Below are positions 20,283-27,994 of a stretch of DNA of 56,819 nt, one piece after another. The stretch spans positions 1 through 56,819 of the forward strand of contig JAZRUS010000054.1 in the NCBI GenBank assembly GCA_045652665.1. The letters are read 5' to 3'. The position numbers and the translations under genes were made by a program. This DNA is from Eubacteriales bacterium. Lineage in GTDB: Bacteria > Bacillota > Clostridia > Oscillospirales > CAG-272. Position 1 is the first letter of the stretch; each line of letters begins with the position of its first letter. A model generated the notes under the pieces. It was given only the letters and a program-made list of their open reading frames with translations, ran no database searches and was not told where the DNA came from.

Positions 20283-20322
20283 GCAGAGGTATCGAAGAGG
20301 TCATAACGGGGCTGACTCGAAA
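20283..20322 (+). pseudogene. 5' half of host tRNA-Ser(CGA) (attL)
   Basis: GCAGAGGTATCGAAGAGGTCATAACGGGGCTGACTCGAAA, then diverges at the end of the anticodon loop. Confidence 0.9.
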
Positions 20323-20461
20323 GAAACTCGGTTTCGTCACTATTTCGGCTCTAGCGTTCCTTGTAAACTCTCACTTTTTCGGGATTTTAAGTGAGGATTT
20401 TTTTAAGGCTGGTAGACAGCTTTCTATCAAAATTCCGTAAAATTTAATATGTTTTTTATAT

Positions 20462-20551
20462 GCAGAGGTATCGAAGCGGTCATAACGGGGCTGACTCGAA
20501 ATCAGTTTGTGCCAAAAGCACACGAGGGTTCGAATCCCTCCCTCTGCGCCA
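20462..20551 (+). tRNA. tRNA-Ser(CGA), complete, probably element-borne
   Basis: Full cloverleaf with long variable arm, anticodon loop CTCGAAA, ends GCCA. Confidence 0.95.
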
Positions 20552-20593
20552 AAGATGCAGTTGCACCATCCGGTGCGACTGCATTTTTCTTTT
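20552..20593. terminator. Terminator between tRNA-Ser and the convergent integrase
   Basis: ATGCAGTTGCACC-ATCC-GGTGCGACTGCAT followed by a T-tract. Confidence 0.75.
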
Positions 20594-20627
20594 GGCGCAG
20601 TCGGTCGGGTTTCTCACAAAAACTATC

Positions 20628-21821
20628 TTACGTTCCGCTTGCAAGAGCCACACCGATTGCCCTTGCACTGTCGAGCTTACTATTGGCATCAAGGTGGCTG
20701 TAAATATTTGAGGTAGTACCCATATCCGAGTGACCGAGCCAATCCTGGATCATCTTCATCGGTATCTTGTTAGCGAGTAGCAGAGATGCGCAGGAGTGCC
20801 TGAGATCGTGAAATCTTATCTTTCTTAGGTCGTGCTTTTTCAGTATCACTCCGAAGTGATCGGTTACGTAATTCGGTCTGTATAACCGTCCGAGAGCATC
20901 AACGTTTATATACTCCTTGTATTCGCCCGTATAGCTTTTTCCCATAACTCTCTGCATTTCAAAGCATTCGTCACGCTTTGCAATAAGTGCTTCTTCTATA
21001 AATGGGAGGAGAGGAAGCGTTCTGTATGAGGATTTCGTCTTCATTACGTCGTATCCTACGGGGCCGTTCTTCTCGTCAACAACCTTGTGCCTTATGCTTA
21101 TCGTCTTTTGATAGAAGTCTATCGCTGACCACTTTAAGCCTAAAACCTCGCTTCGCCTAAGACCGTAGTAAACCGCTAACAGAATTATCAAGTAAAGCTC
21201 GTCGGATTTAGCACATTCGAGGAGCTCTTTTATTTCCTCTGCGTTGTAGTAGTTACCTATGAACTGTACCGCCTTTGGTCTGTCGGCTTGGTCAACGGGA
21301 TTCGATGCTATGATCTTACGCTTCATTGCCGTTTTGAATGCAAGATGGAGCACGCTGTGATACCTCTGCATCGACGTGCCCTTGAGACCTGCCGTTCTCA
21401 GTGAAGCGTAGAATGCGTTTATCTCATCGCCGGTTATCTCGTTAACCTTAATCTTCATCGTTTTGAAGAATGGTATCATCTTTGATTCTATGTAGGTCTT
21501 GTATCCCTCATAGGTCGTTTTTGATACGTTTCCTCTGTGAGATTCGAGCCATTCGACAAGGTAATCCTCTACGAGCGAGTTTGCTATTCTGTGCCTCTCT
21601 CGCTCTGCATGAGTCATATTTTCGGTTAAGTAGGTAGTACCCGTATTCAGTTTTTCAAGGAGAGCGCGAAGTCTGTGATTCGCTTCGGTTTTAGAGCCTT
21701 TTCTTGACTCTAAATCAAGCGAGTACCACTTAACCTTACGCTTTCCGTCAGTTGTATAATGATTAACTGCGGCATACCATTTGCCATTCTTTTCTTCAAG
21801 ATGGCCTGTTAGTTTTTTCAT
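20628..21821 (-). CDS. int: Tyrosine recombinase/integrase (Tn916/ICEBs1-like)
   Basis: GLRRSEVLGL, FHDLRH and LGHS...IYSH catalytic residues. Confidence 0.95.
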   Translation of the reverse strand: MKKLTGHLEEKNGKWYAAVNHYTTDGKRKVKWYSLDLESRKGSKTEANHRLRALLEKLNTGTTYLTENMTHAERERHRIANSLVEDYLVEWLESHRGNVSKTTYEGYKTYIESKMIPFFKTMKIKVNEITGDEINAFYASLRTAGLKGTSMQRYHSVLHLAFKTAMKRKIIASNPVDQADRPKAVQFIGNYYNAEEIKELLECAKSDELYLIILLAVYYGLRRSEVLGLKWSAIDFYQKTISIRHKVVDEKNGPVGYDVMKTKSSYRTLPLLPFIEEALIAKRDECFEMQRVMGKSYTGEYKEYINVDALGRLYRPNYVTDHFGVILKKHDLRKIRFHDLRHSCASLLLANKIPMKMIQDWLGHSDMGTTSNIYSHLDANSKLDSARAIGVALASGT

Positions 21822-21840
21822 TAAAAACCTCCTTTTTAAC

Positions 21841-22209
21841 TTATTTTGTTAAGTTTCTCGTGGTATGTCCGTCGGCTACACTAACATTACCACACATTTC
21901 CGCAAAAGTCCAGAGCCTTTTTGGTCTTTCGGGGGACAAAACCGTATAATTTTCTTCGTTGACTATAAATTCCACCAAAGCCGTCTTGGGTATGAGAATT
22001 CTTCGCCCGATTTTGATGCTTTCTATCCTTCCGTTCTTCAGAAGCTCGTATACGGTGTTCTTGCTACAACGCAAAACCTTTACGATATCCGAGACCTTCA
22101 TAACGTCGGGTTCTTTCTCAAAATAAGCGAATACGCTTCTTTTAATCATGTGCTGATTTTTTCCTTTCTCTATCGGTATTCTTATTCTTACGTTCACTTG
22201 TTTTTTCAT
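21841..22209 (-). CDS. Excisionase-like HTH_17 protein
   Basis: PDVMKVSDIVKVLRCSKNTVYELLKNGRIESIKIGRRILIPK. Confidence 0.85.
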   Translation of the reverse strand: MKKQVNVRIRIPIEKGKNQHMIKRSVFAYFEKEPDVMKVSDIVKVLRCSKNTVYELLKNGRIESIKIGRRILIPKTALVEFIVNEENYTVLSPERPKRLWTFAEMCGNVSVADGHTTRNLTK

Positions 22210-23594
22210 TACATTGACTGACGGAAGGCGTGTTCGCCCTCGTCCTCTCCTTCGTCTATATCATCGTTTTGGGAAAGAGATTCTTCTTTGTTTAAGGCGG
22301 TCAAAATTTTTGTAGTTCCAGCCACTACAAGACCGACTGTCGCACCTGCGTTATCGCCCTCGCGGATCTTGCGCTCTTCCTCGGTTTCATCGCTATCAGC
22401 GACTATATTCCCAGCGTGAGCCCCAAGCCTCGTGAGAGAATGTAGAGTAGCACTATTATCAGAGGCAGAGCCAGAAGCACCAGCTTTACCCACCACATTT
22501 TCTCTTCGCGATCCATTCTGCTTCTTATTTGATTTGTAGCTTCTTCTCTCAGACTCCCAACCTGTCTTTCGATTGTCTCGGTTACTCGTTTCAGAGTTGC
22601 CGTCGCCCATTCCGTGTGCTCGCTCACCTTGCGAACCATCTCGGTAGTGCACGCCTTCGTCGTCTCGCGCATCTCTGCTTCTATCATCTCCATGCGAGTA
22701 AGAGTCTTCACTATCATATCCCAATCTTCCTTCGGTATCGTTACCGTTTCCGTCTCTTTCTTCGGGGCATTTATCATCTTCAAATTGTTGAGCCTCGCCT
22801 TGCCTGATTCTGAACTCATTTTCCATATTCTCCTTTAAGTACTTATCTTCGTGTAGCTTTATATCTCGCACACGACGCGGATTTTTGCCCTCTGCGCCGG
22901 GAACGATGTATGTTATGTATTTTCTCTCGTTCGTCCACATGACGTCGTAACCGCGTGCCCTCATCGCCTCTATAAATTCGTCCTTGCTTGATGCGAATTT
23001 CATACATTCATCAATCACGAAGCAGAGGCGCATCTTCCAACTTTCGCCCTTGATAGCTGCTCGGTATTCCTTCTGTCCGAGGTTCTCATAATTGCGTTTG
23101 TGCGTGTAAGGATCAAGCGTCGAAAGTCCGTGAGCTTCGCATATTTCGTCGCTCTTATTTCGGAGATCACAGAGGAAATCAAGGTTTGCGTGGAGCTTAA
23201 TTCCGGTTTCCAAATCGTATGCGTTTACGACGAAATGATTGTGCAAATGCTCCTTATCAATATGCGTTGCAACGAGCACCTCCCGGTTGCCAAAAGCCTT
23301 CGCAAGCTCGAGACCTATCTCGTGTACCGTCTCGGGTGAAACGTCTTCATCAGGGGAGAAGGACTGCACGTAATGGTAAAATCGTGGGCCGTCTGGCGAG
23401 TGGTCAAAAACCTTCTGCGTCGCTAAAAACGACTCGTGCGCCACGTCGGTTACGCAGTTATAACCGGTCACAAAAACCGTCCTTTCATCTAGCACCGTTT
23501 TATGCGCTTGTATGCAATATTCGATCACTCCGAGCTGTGCGCTGGGCGTTTGATTTTTCTCGGGTATGTTATTTACGGTCGCCATTAGTGTCAC
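22209..23594 (-). CDS. Relaxase (MOBP-type)
   Basis: HYVQSFSP and ATHIDKEHLHNHFVVN 3H motif; hydrophilic C-terminal tail. Confidence 0.92.
   Translation of the reverse strand: MTLMATVNNIPEKNQTPSAQLGVIEYCIQAHKTVLDERTVFVTGYNCVTDVAHESFLATQKVFDHSPDGPRFYHYVQSFSPDEDVSPETVHEIGLELAKAFGNREVLVATHIDKEHLHNHFVVNAYDLETGIKLHANLDFLCDLRNKSDEICEAHGLSTLDPYTHKRNYENLGQKEYRAAIKGESWKMRLCFVIDECMKFASSKDEFIEAMRARGYDVMWTNERKYITYIVPGAEGKNPRRVRDIKLHEDKYLKENMENEFRIRQGEAQQFEDDKCPEERDGNGNDTEGRLGYDSEDSYSHGDDRSRDARDDEGVHYRDGSQGERAHGMGDGNSETSNRDNRKTGWESERRSYKSNKKQNGSRRENVVGKAGASGSASDNSATLHSLTRLGAHAGNIVADSDETEEERKIREGDNAGATVGLVVAGTTKILTALNKEESLSQNDDIDEGEDEGEHAFRQSM
22403..22819 (-). CDS. Overprinted coiled-coil protein with C-terminal TM helix, nested in the relaxase (MobB-like)
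   Basis: 138 aa same-strand alternate frame; AAGGAG 10 nt upstream; ends WWVKLVLLALPLIIVLLYILS. Confidence 0.6.
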   Translation of the reverse strand: MSSESGKARLNNLKMINAPKKETETVTIPKEDWDMIVKTLTRMEMIEAEMRETTKACTTEMVRKVSEHTEWATATLKRVTETIERQVGSLREEATNQIRSRMDREEKMWWVKLVLLALPLIIVLLYILSRGLGLTLGI

Positions 23595-23904
23595 CTCCGA
23601 TGGCGAGAAGTAGCCTTCTGTAAGAGGTCAAAAGAGTGTCAAGATTGACGACTCTTATCGCTCCCTGGTGGCAGAGCCTCGTCAGCTGATTAAGGTTGTT
23701 TCCTTGGTAACGAAGTTCCTTGTTTGCTTCTCTCAAATCCGAGTTAACTACGACTTTACCCCTCATGCACATATCGAGAATAAACTTTCGCATCGAGGGA
23801 GAATCAGACTTTTTTTTGAGCCTTTCAAGAAGCTCTTTTTCTTCGGGTGTGAGGCGTATTGTTATCGTTTCGGTTTGCGTTCTCAAACCGTCATCTCCTT
23901 TCAA
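23569..23904 (-). CDS. mobC: Mobilisation protein MobC (RHH)
   Basis: ITIRLTPEE and LRYQGNNLNQL motifs; overlaps the relaxase start. Confidence 0.9.
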   Translation of the reverse strand: MKGDDGLRTQTETITIRLTPEEKELLERLKKKSDSPSMRKFILDMCMRGKVVVNSDLREANKELRYQGNNLNQLTRLCHQGAIRVVNLDTLLTSYRRLLLAIGGDTNGDRK

Positions 23905-23957
23905 AATAAAAGTGGGTATGGGCTTCTGCCCGAAAATAAATAAGCGCTATAAGGTCG

Positions 23958-24011
23958 CCACCGATTTCGGTGGACGTCCATGCGCTACGCTTGCCCCAGA
24001 GCAAGCGTAGC
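23958..24011. other. Candidate oriT
   Basis: Upstream of mobC; hairpins CCACCGA-TT-TCGGTGG and GCTACGCTTGC-N6-GCAAGCGTAGC; contains GCTTGCC, similar to pC221-type nic. Confidence 0.55.
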
Positions 24012-24061
24012 AAAGCTTTCTATCACTATCCTGAATTTTAGCGCTATTTTCATTAAAGTCG

Positions 24062-24171
24062 GTGACAACGTGACAGCTGGTTTGCTACTGATTTTTGCCG
24101 TCACTATGCCGTGCACGCGTCGCCCTTTGACAGCGTATCTGCCGCTATCCAATGAGCCGTCACGCTGTCAC
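24062..24171. repeat. Six KTGACRRC octamers, candidate replication iterons
   Basis: Forward copies at 24062, 24070 and 24127; reverse copies at 24097, 24156 and 24164. Confidence 0.6.
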
Positions 24172-25282
24172 TGACCGCAATAATCGGCTTATTATTCGGT
24201 GAGGAAGAACCGTCGTCAATAACCGTAATTTCCTCGTCATTGAGGGAAAATTTAAGTATTCTCTGGGAGTTCGTTCTTACGCTCTCAAATCGTAAACCGA
24301 TCTTCGAAAGCTGCTCGTGATAACGCACTAAATTCTTCTTTATCATATTGGAAGGAATATCAATATCGAGCTTATTTTTGATGCCTTCGCTGAGCTCGGA
24401 AGCACTACAAGAATATTCTCCATCGGTGATAATATTGGTATGGGAGAAGAGATATAGTTGTGTCGCTTTCACCGTCAAATTAAGCTCTTCGGGAACGTAC
24501 TCCGTGCCGTCACTAACCTGCCAAATACAGTTATCATCGAGCCTGAGTTCAATCTCTCTGTCAACCACGTCGCGCCCCGAAATAAAGAGCTTACCGCGCC
24601 TCTCAGTGCGCTTCGGGCGGAGCAGTAGCCAGTAGTTATCAACCGCGCCAACAAGTGCCGTAGAACCCGAAACAGCGTTGTACTGATCGTTGTCTTGCAT
24701 CTTCCTCGTATGGTGAACAACCAGCAGTGAAACGTTATGCGATTGGGTGAATTTATGCAGAGGAATAAGGTCGTTATAGTCCTTCTCATAGAGGTTCGCA
24801 TTCTTGCTTTCCGGGCGAATATAATTGAGCGTATCTATCGCTATAAGCACGGTGTCGGGATGATTACGAATGAAGTCGTCAAGAGCGTCAATAAGACCTT
24901 CGTCTATTCTGATTGCCTGGTTTGTAAAATGGAAATTTGATGGCATCTCGTCTGTCATTTGCATCGCTCGAGCTTGTATTCTGTCCTCTGTATCCTCGAA
25001 TGAAAGATAGAGTACCGTACCTTTTTTACTTGGGAAACCGAGTATGCTTTCACCTTTAGCAACCGCTATACAAAGGTTAAGAGTGAAGAAGGATTTACCT
25101 GCCTTTGGCGCACCTGCAAGGAGCGTAAGTCCTACGGGGAGAACAGAGGAAATAATCTGTTCCTTATGGTTTATTTGTTTATTCATAAGCGTTTCACCGT
25201 CAACGGTTTTAAAACGCTTTATACCTAAGAGCTCCTCTCTAATCCGCTTTTGTTCTTCATCAAAATCAAATGAGTCAAACAT
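24104..25282 (-). CDS. AAA_25 / RepA-type helicase
   Basis: LAGAPKAGKS, VLYLSFED, LIAIDTL, VHHTRK and SGSTAL.GAVD motifs. Confidence 0.9.
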   Translation of the reverse strand: MFDSFDFDEEQKRIREELLGIKRFKTVDGETLMNKQINHKEQIISSVLPVGLTLLAGAPKAGKSFFTLNLCIAVAKGESILGFPSKKGTVLYLSFEDTEDRIQARAMQMTDEMPSNFHFTNQAIRIDEGLIDALDDFIRNHPDTVLIAIDTLNYIRPESKNANLYEKDYNDLIPLHKFTQSHNVSLLVVHHTRKMQDNDQYNAVSGSTALVGAVDNYWLLLRPKRTERRGKLFISGRDVVDREIELRLDDNCIWQVSDGTEYVPEELNLTVKATQLYLFSHTNIITDGEYSCSASELSEGIKNKLDIDIPSNMIKKNLVRYHEQLSKIGLRFESVRTNSQRILKFSLNDEEITVIDDGSSSPNNKPIIAVSDSVTAHWIAADTLSKGDACTA

Positions 25283-25580
25283 CTGTCTTTCCTCCAAATT
25301 TCGTTTTGTTTATCGCCTTCATTTGCTCCCTGGCTTTTTCCTTTCGCTCCTCGGAGCAAGGATTAAGAAGACGAAAGGTGAAGTATTCCTTCCGCACCTC
25401 GAAGCATAACTGTCCGCATCCGTCATCATCGGTAAGACGGCAAAGCTCGGGATGCTCGGAGGCGTATTTCGTCAGCCTATTTTTAAGAGCAGTATTGTAC
25501 GTTTGTATCGTTGTAATATCATTTTCTTCATCGAAGAAAATCCCGGTAACCTTGTGTATTTTCTTTATTCCGGTTATCAT
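25275..25580 (-). CDS. Hypothetical IME backbone protein
   Basis: Coupled to the helicase start; GGGG RBS; TYNTALKNRL..YA..HPELC. Confidence 0.7.
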   Translation of the reverse strand: MITGIKKIHKVTGIFFDEENDITTIQTYNTALKNRLTKYASEHPELCRLTDDDGCGQLCFEVRKEYFTFRLLNPCSEERKEKAREQMKAINKTKFGGKTDV

Positions 25581-25855
25581 TTTTAGAATCACCCCTTTTT
25601 TAGAAATAGTCTTCAAAATGGCAAAAATTCGTTAGGTCTAGACCGAGGAAATAAGGCATTTTTCCTTTTCTGTTACTTGGATTTTATCAGCTGATCGATA
25701 AAGCTCTTAAAAAAGGCGATTTGCCGAATTTCCACGGACTAAACCGACGAGGAAAAGCCGTGCAATTTTCATCAAAAAAGGGCAGGAATTCAAGGCAAAA
25801 AGGCATAGCAAAAAGTCTATGTCTTACCTAAAATTCCTACCCTTGTATCTCGGAT

Positions 25856-26110
25856 TCACTGCCGAGAGGATGAAATTGATTCGCCACGCGAAGCGGCACA
25901 AAAATTATGTAATCTTTTGATGCTCAGTCCAACGAGCTGATGACATTTAGGACACTCAAGTATAAAATCCGCATACGGCTTCTCCGATAACCTAAAGACT
26001 ATACTGTCGTTTCTGATATCTCTGTCTGAAACGTCTGCAAATCTGTGGTTTCCGTATGGGCACTTCAGCTTTGGCATACCACGTCTGCCATCGTCACAAG
26101 CTTTTTCCAC
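25856..26110 (-). CDS. Small Cys-rich (zinc-ribbon-like) protein
   Basis: CPYG..ECPKC; begins directly after the lexA stop. Confidence 0.55.
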   Translation of the reverse strand: MEKACDDGRRGMPKLKCPYGNHRFADVSDRDIRNDSIVFRLSEKPYADFILECPKCHQLVGLSIKRLHNFCAASRGESISSSRQ

Positions 26111-26111
26111 G

Positions 26112-26744
26112 TCAGCACCTCCTTCTCCTAGAGGCTTCTAAGTTTTTCAGAACTCTGATTGCCACACCCACAATGTGTACTTCGGAAAGGATAATATCGT
26201 CGAGCTCGTCGTTTTCGGGATGGAGAATAAAACGCTTATTCTTCTCGTCACGATAAAATCTCTTTAGCGTTGCACGCCAACCGTCCGAATGTTCGTCCTC
26301 TATCATTGCAACTACGATTTCTCCATCGTCTGCGGTGTCCTGTTTTCGTACGTAGACGGTATCTCCGTTATCGATACCGACCTTTATCATAGAATCACCG
26401 CTTGCAATAAGACCAAAGTATTCGCCGGGGCCGAGTGATGCCTCGTCGACGGGAAGATATCCCTCTATATCCTCAATAGCGAGAGTAGGAGCACCGCACG
26501 CAATTGCACCAACGATAGGCATCCTGGTGTAAGAGAAATTGTCAGCAGTGATAGTCTGGTATCTTCCATACTTTTCTATAAGACCTTCTTCGACAAGGCG
26601 ATTCATGTATTTTGATACAGTGGATTTCGCCATTCCGAGCGTATTTCCGATTTCAAGAGTCGTGGGGCATACGCCTCTCTCCTTCATAAAGCTCGTAACG
26701 AAGCGGTAAACGTCCATCTTTCGCTCGTCATTCTTCGGTCTCAT
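26112..26744 (-). CDS. lexA: LexA-family repressor
   Basis: N-terminal wHTH (PTTLEIG), IACG cleavage region, GDSM Ser and TLKR Lys; ATG 26744 with AAGGAG. Confidence 0.88.
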   Translation of the reverse strand: MRPKNDERKMDVYRFVTSFMKERGVCPTTLEIGNTLGMAKSTVSKYMNRLVEEGLIEKYGRYQTITADNFSYTRMPIVGAIACGAPTLAIEDIEGYLPVDEASLGPGEYFGLIASGDSMIKVGIDNGDTVYVRKQDTADDGEIVVAMIEDEHSDGWRATLKRFYRDEKNKRFILHPENDELDDIILSEVHIVGVAIRVLKNLEASRRRRC

Positions 26745-26773
26745 AGTCAGTCTCCTTTGGTTTTGATATAACC

Positions 26774-26823
26774 CGAACAAGAGTTCGTGATATAATTATA
26801 GCACACCGAAAACCGCTTGTCAA
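26774..26823 (-). promoter_or_regulatory. lexA promoter with Gram-positive SOS box
   Basis: TTGACA-17-TATAAT (26823-26795) followed by CGAACAAGAGTTCG (26774-26787), fitting GAAC-N4-GTTC. Confidence 0.85.
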
Positions 26824-26880
26824 TACCCAGATGTACATATTCATGCACATCATATCCCAACTTTTACCCATCTGGGCAGT

Positions 26881-26949
26881 TTTTTGAAAAAATCGCGTCT
26901 TCTTTGATTAAGGCAGTGTATTTTTTTGTCATTGGGACAGAGAAAAGGT
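26881..26949. repeat. ~65 bp imperfect direct repeat, copy 1
   Basis: TTTTTGAAAA...TCTTCTTTG..AGGC.GTGTA.TTTTTTGTCATTGGGA..AGAGAAAA shared with 39052-39119. Confidence 0.8.
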
Positions 26950-26983
26950 CTGCCAACTAGACAGACCTTCAAAGATTAAATTT

Positions 26984-27988
26984 TTAGGTTTTAAATATTG
27001 GATCAACGTCATCGACTCGACCATAATATACATGCGCTGCTTCGCGACATCCGCCGTCGCATATATCTTTTTTATCGCAATCTTTACACATTTCAGGAAG
27101 ATAATCCCGGCTTCTGAATCGTATCCAATACTCATTCTGTGCAAGAGTGTCAAGCTCATCATATCTACAAACACGAACAGGAGAGTGATTACAAACCTTG
27201 AGATATCCGCTTGGATCAACAACGCAGAAACCTTTTGCAGCAGAGCAAAGGTTGCTTACTTGAATATGCTTATATTTTTCGGGATGATCTATCGCACATA
27301 ACGGCAATTCCGTTCCAACATGCCCATACTTGTTGGATTTCGCTAACACAGCTTCTGCAATATCAAGCATTTGATTGGTTTCTTCTTTTGTCAACAAATA
27401 CTCTTGATTTTTAAGTCCTCGTCCACCGGGCAAAAATCTATTTAGCAAAACATAGTCTGCACCTTTTATAAGAGCGTAAGCAATATTCTCATATAGTTCG
27501 GGAAGATTCTTTTTTGTCACAGCAATGTTTGCCGTCGTTCGAATTCCTCTAATTTTGGTTTTTTCGAATAATGACAACACATGCTCAACATTATCTATGC
27601 CGGTATGTTCCATAAATGTTTCTATTCCGGGAATACTAATGCAGATTGAAATTCTTCTTTTGGCAATAAAATCCAAAAAGTCATCATTGATTTTTCTGCC
27701 GTTTGAAATGATATTAAGCGAGGCTCCTCTCTGCAAAATATAATCAATGAGTCGAGTTAAATCCTCACGCATTAAGGGTTCACCGCCTGTTAACGTAAAA
27801 GATTCAACACCATTTTTCATTAAAATATCAACTACAGAATACCATTCTTCAAGAAATAGCTCATCTTTTTTATAGTTTTCTTCTGATTCCCAAGGACATG
27901 AACAAAATAAACATTTGTGATTGCAACGATATGTTAATTCAAGTGCAGCAACGCTCGGAAGAGGGGTTAAAAAAATGTTTGTTTTCAT
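26984..27988 (-). CDS. Radical SAM/SPASM domain protein
   Basis: CNHKCLFC, TGGEPL; C-terminal CSAA..C, VC and CKDC....CDGGC. Confidence 0.93.
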   Translation of the reverse strand: MKTNIFLTPLPSVAALELTYRCNHKCLFCSCPWESEENYKKDELFLEEWYSVVDILMKNGVESFTLTGGEPLMREDLTRLIDYILQRGASLNIISNGRKINDDFLDFIAKRRISICISIPGIETFMEHTGIDNVEHVLSLFEKTKIRGIRTTANIAVTKKNLPELYENIAYALIKGADYVLLNRFLPGGRGLKNQEYLLTKEETNQMLDIAEAVLAKSNKYGHVGTELPLCAIDHPEKYKHIQVSNLCSAAKGFCVVDPSGYLKVCNHSPVRVCRYDELDTLAQNEYWIRFRSRDYLPEMCKDCDKKDICDGGCREAAHVYYGRVDDVDPIFKT

Positions 27989-27994
27989 TCTTAG

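Noticed and set aside
20449-20716. Four short ORFs over tRNA-Ser
   Set aside because: Shadow frames of the tRNA, its terminator and the integrase end
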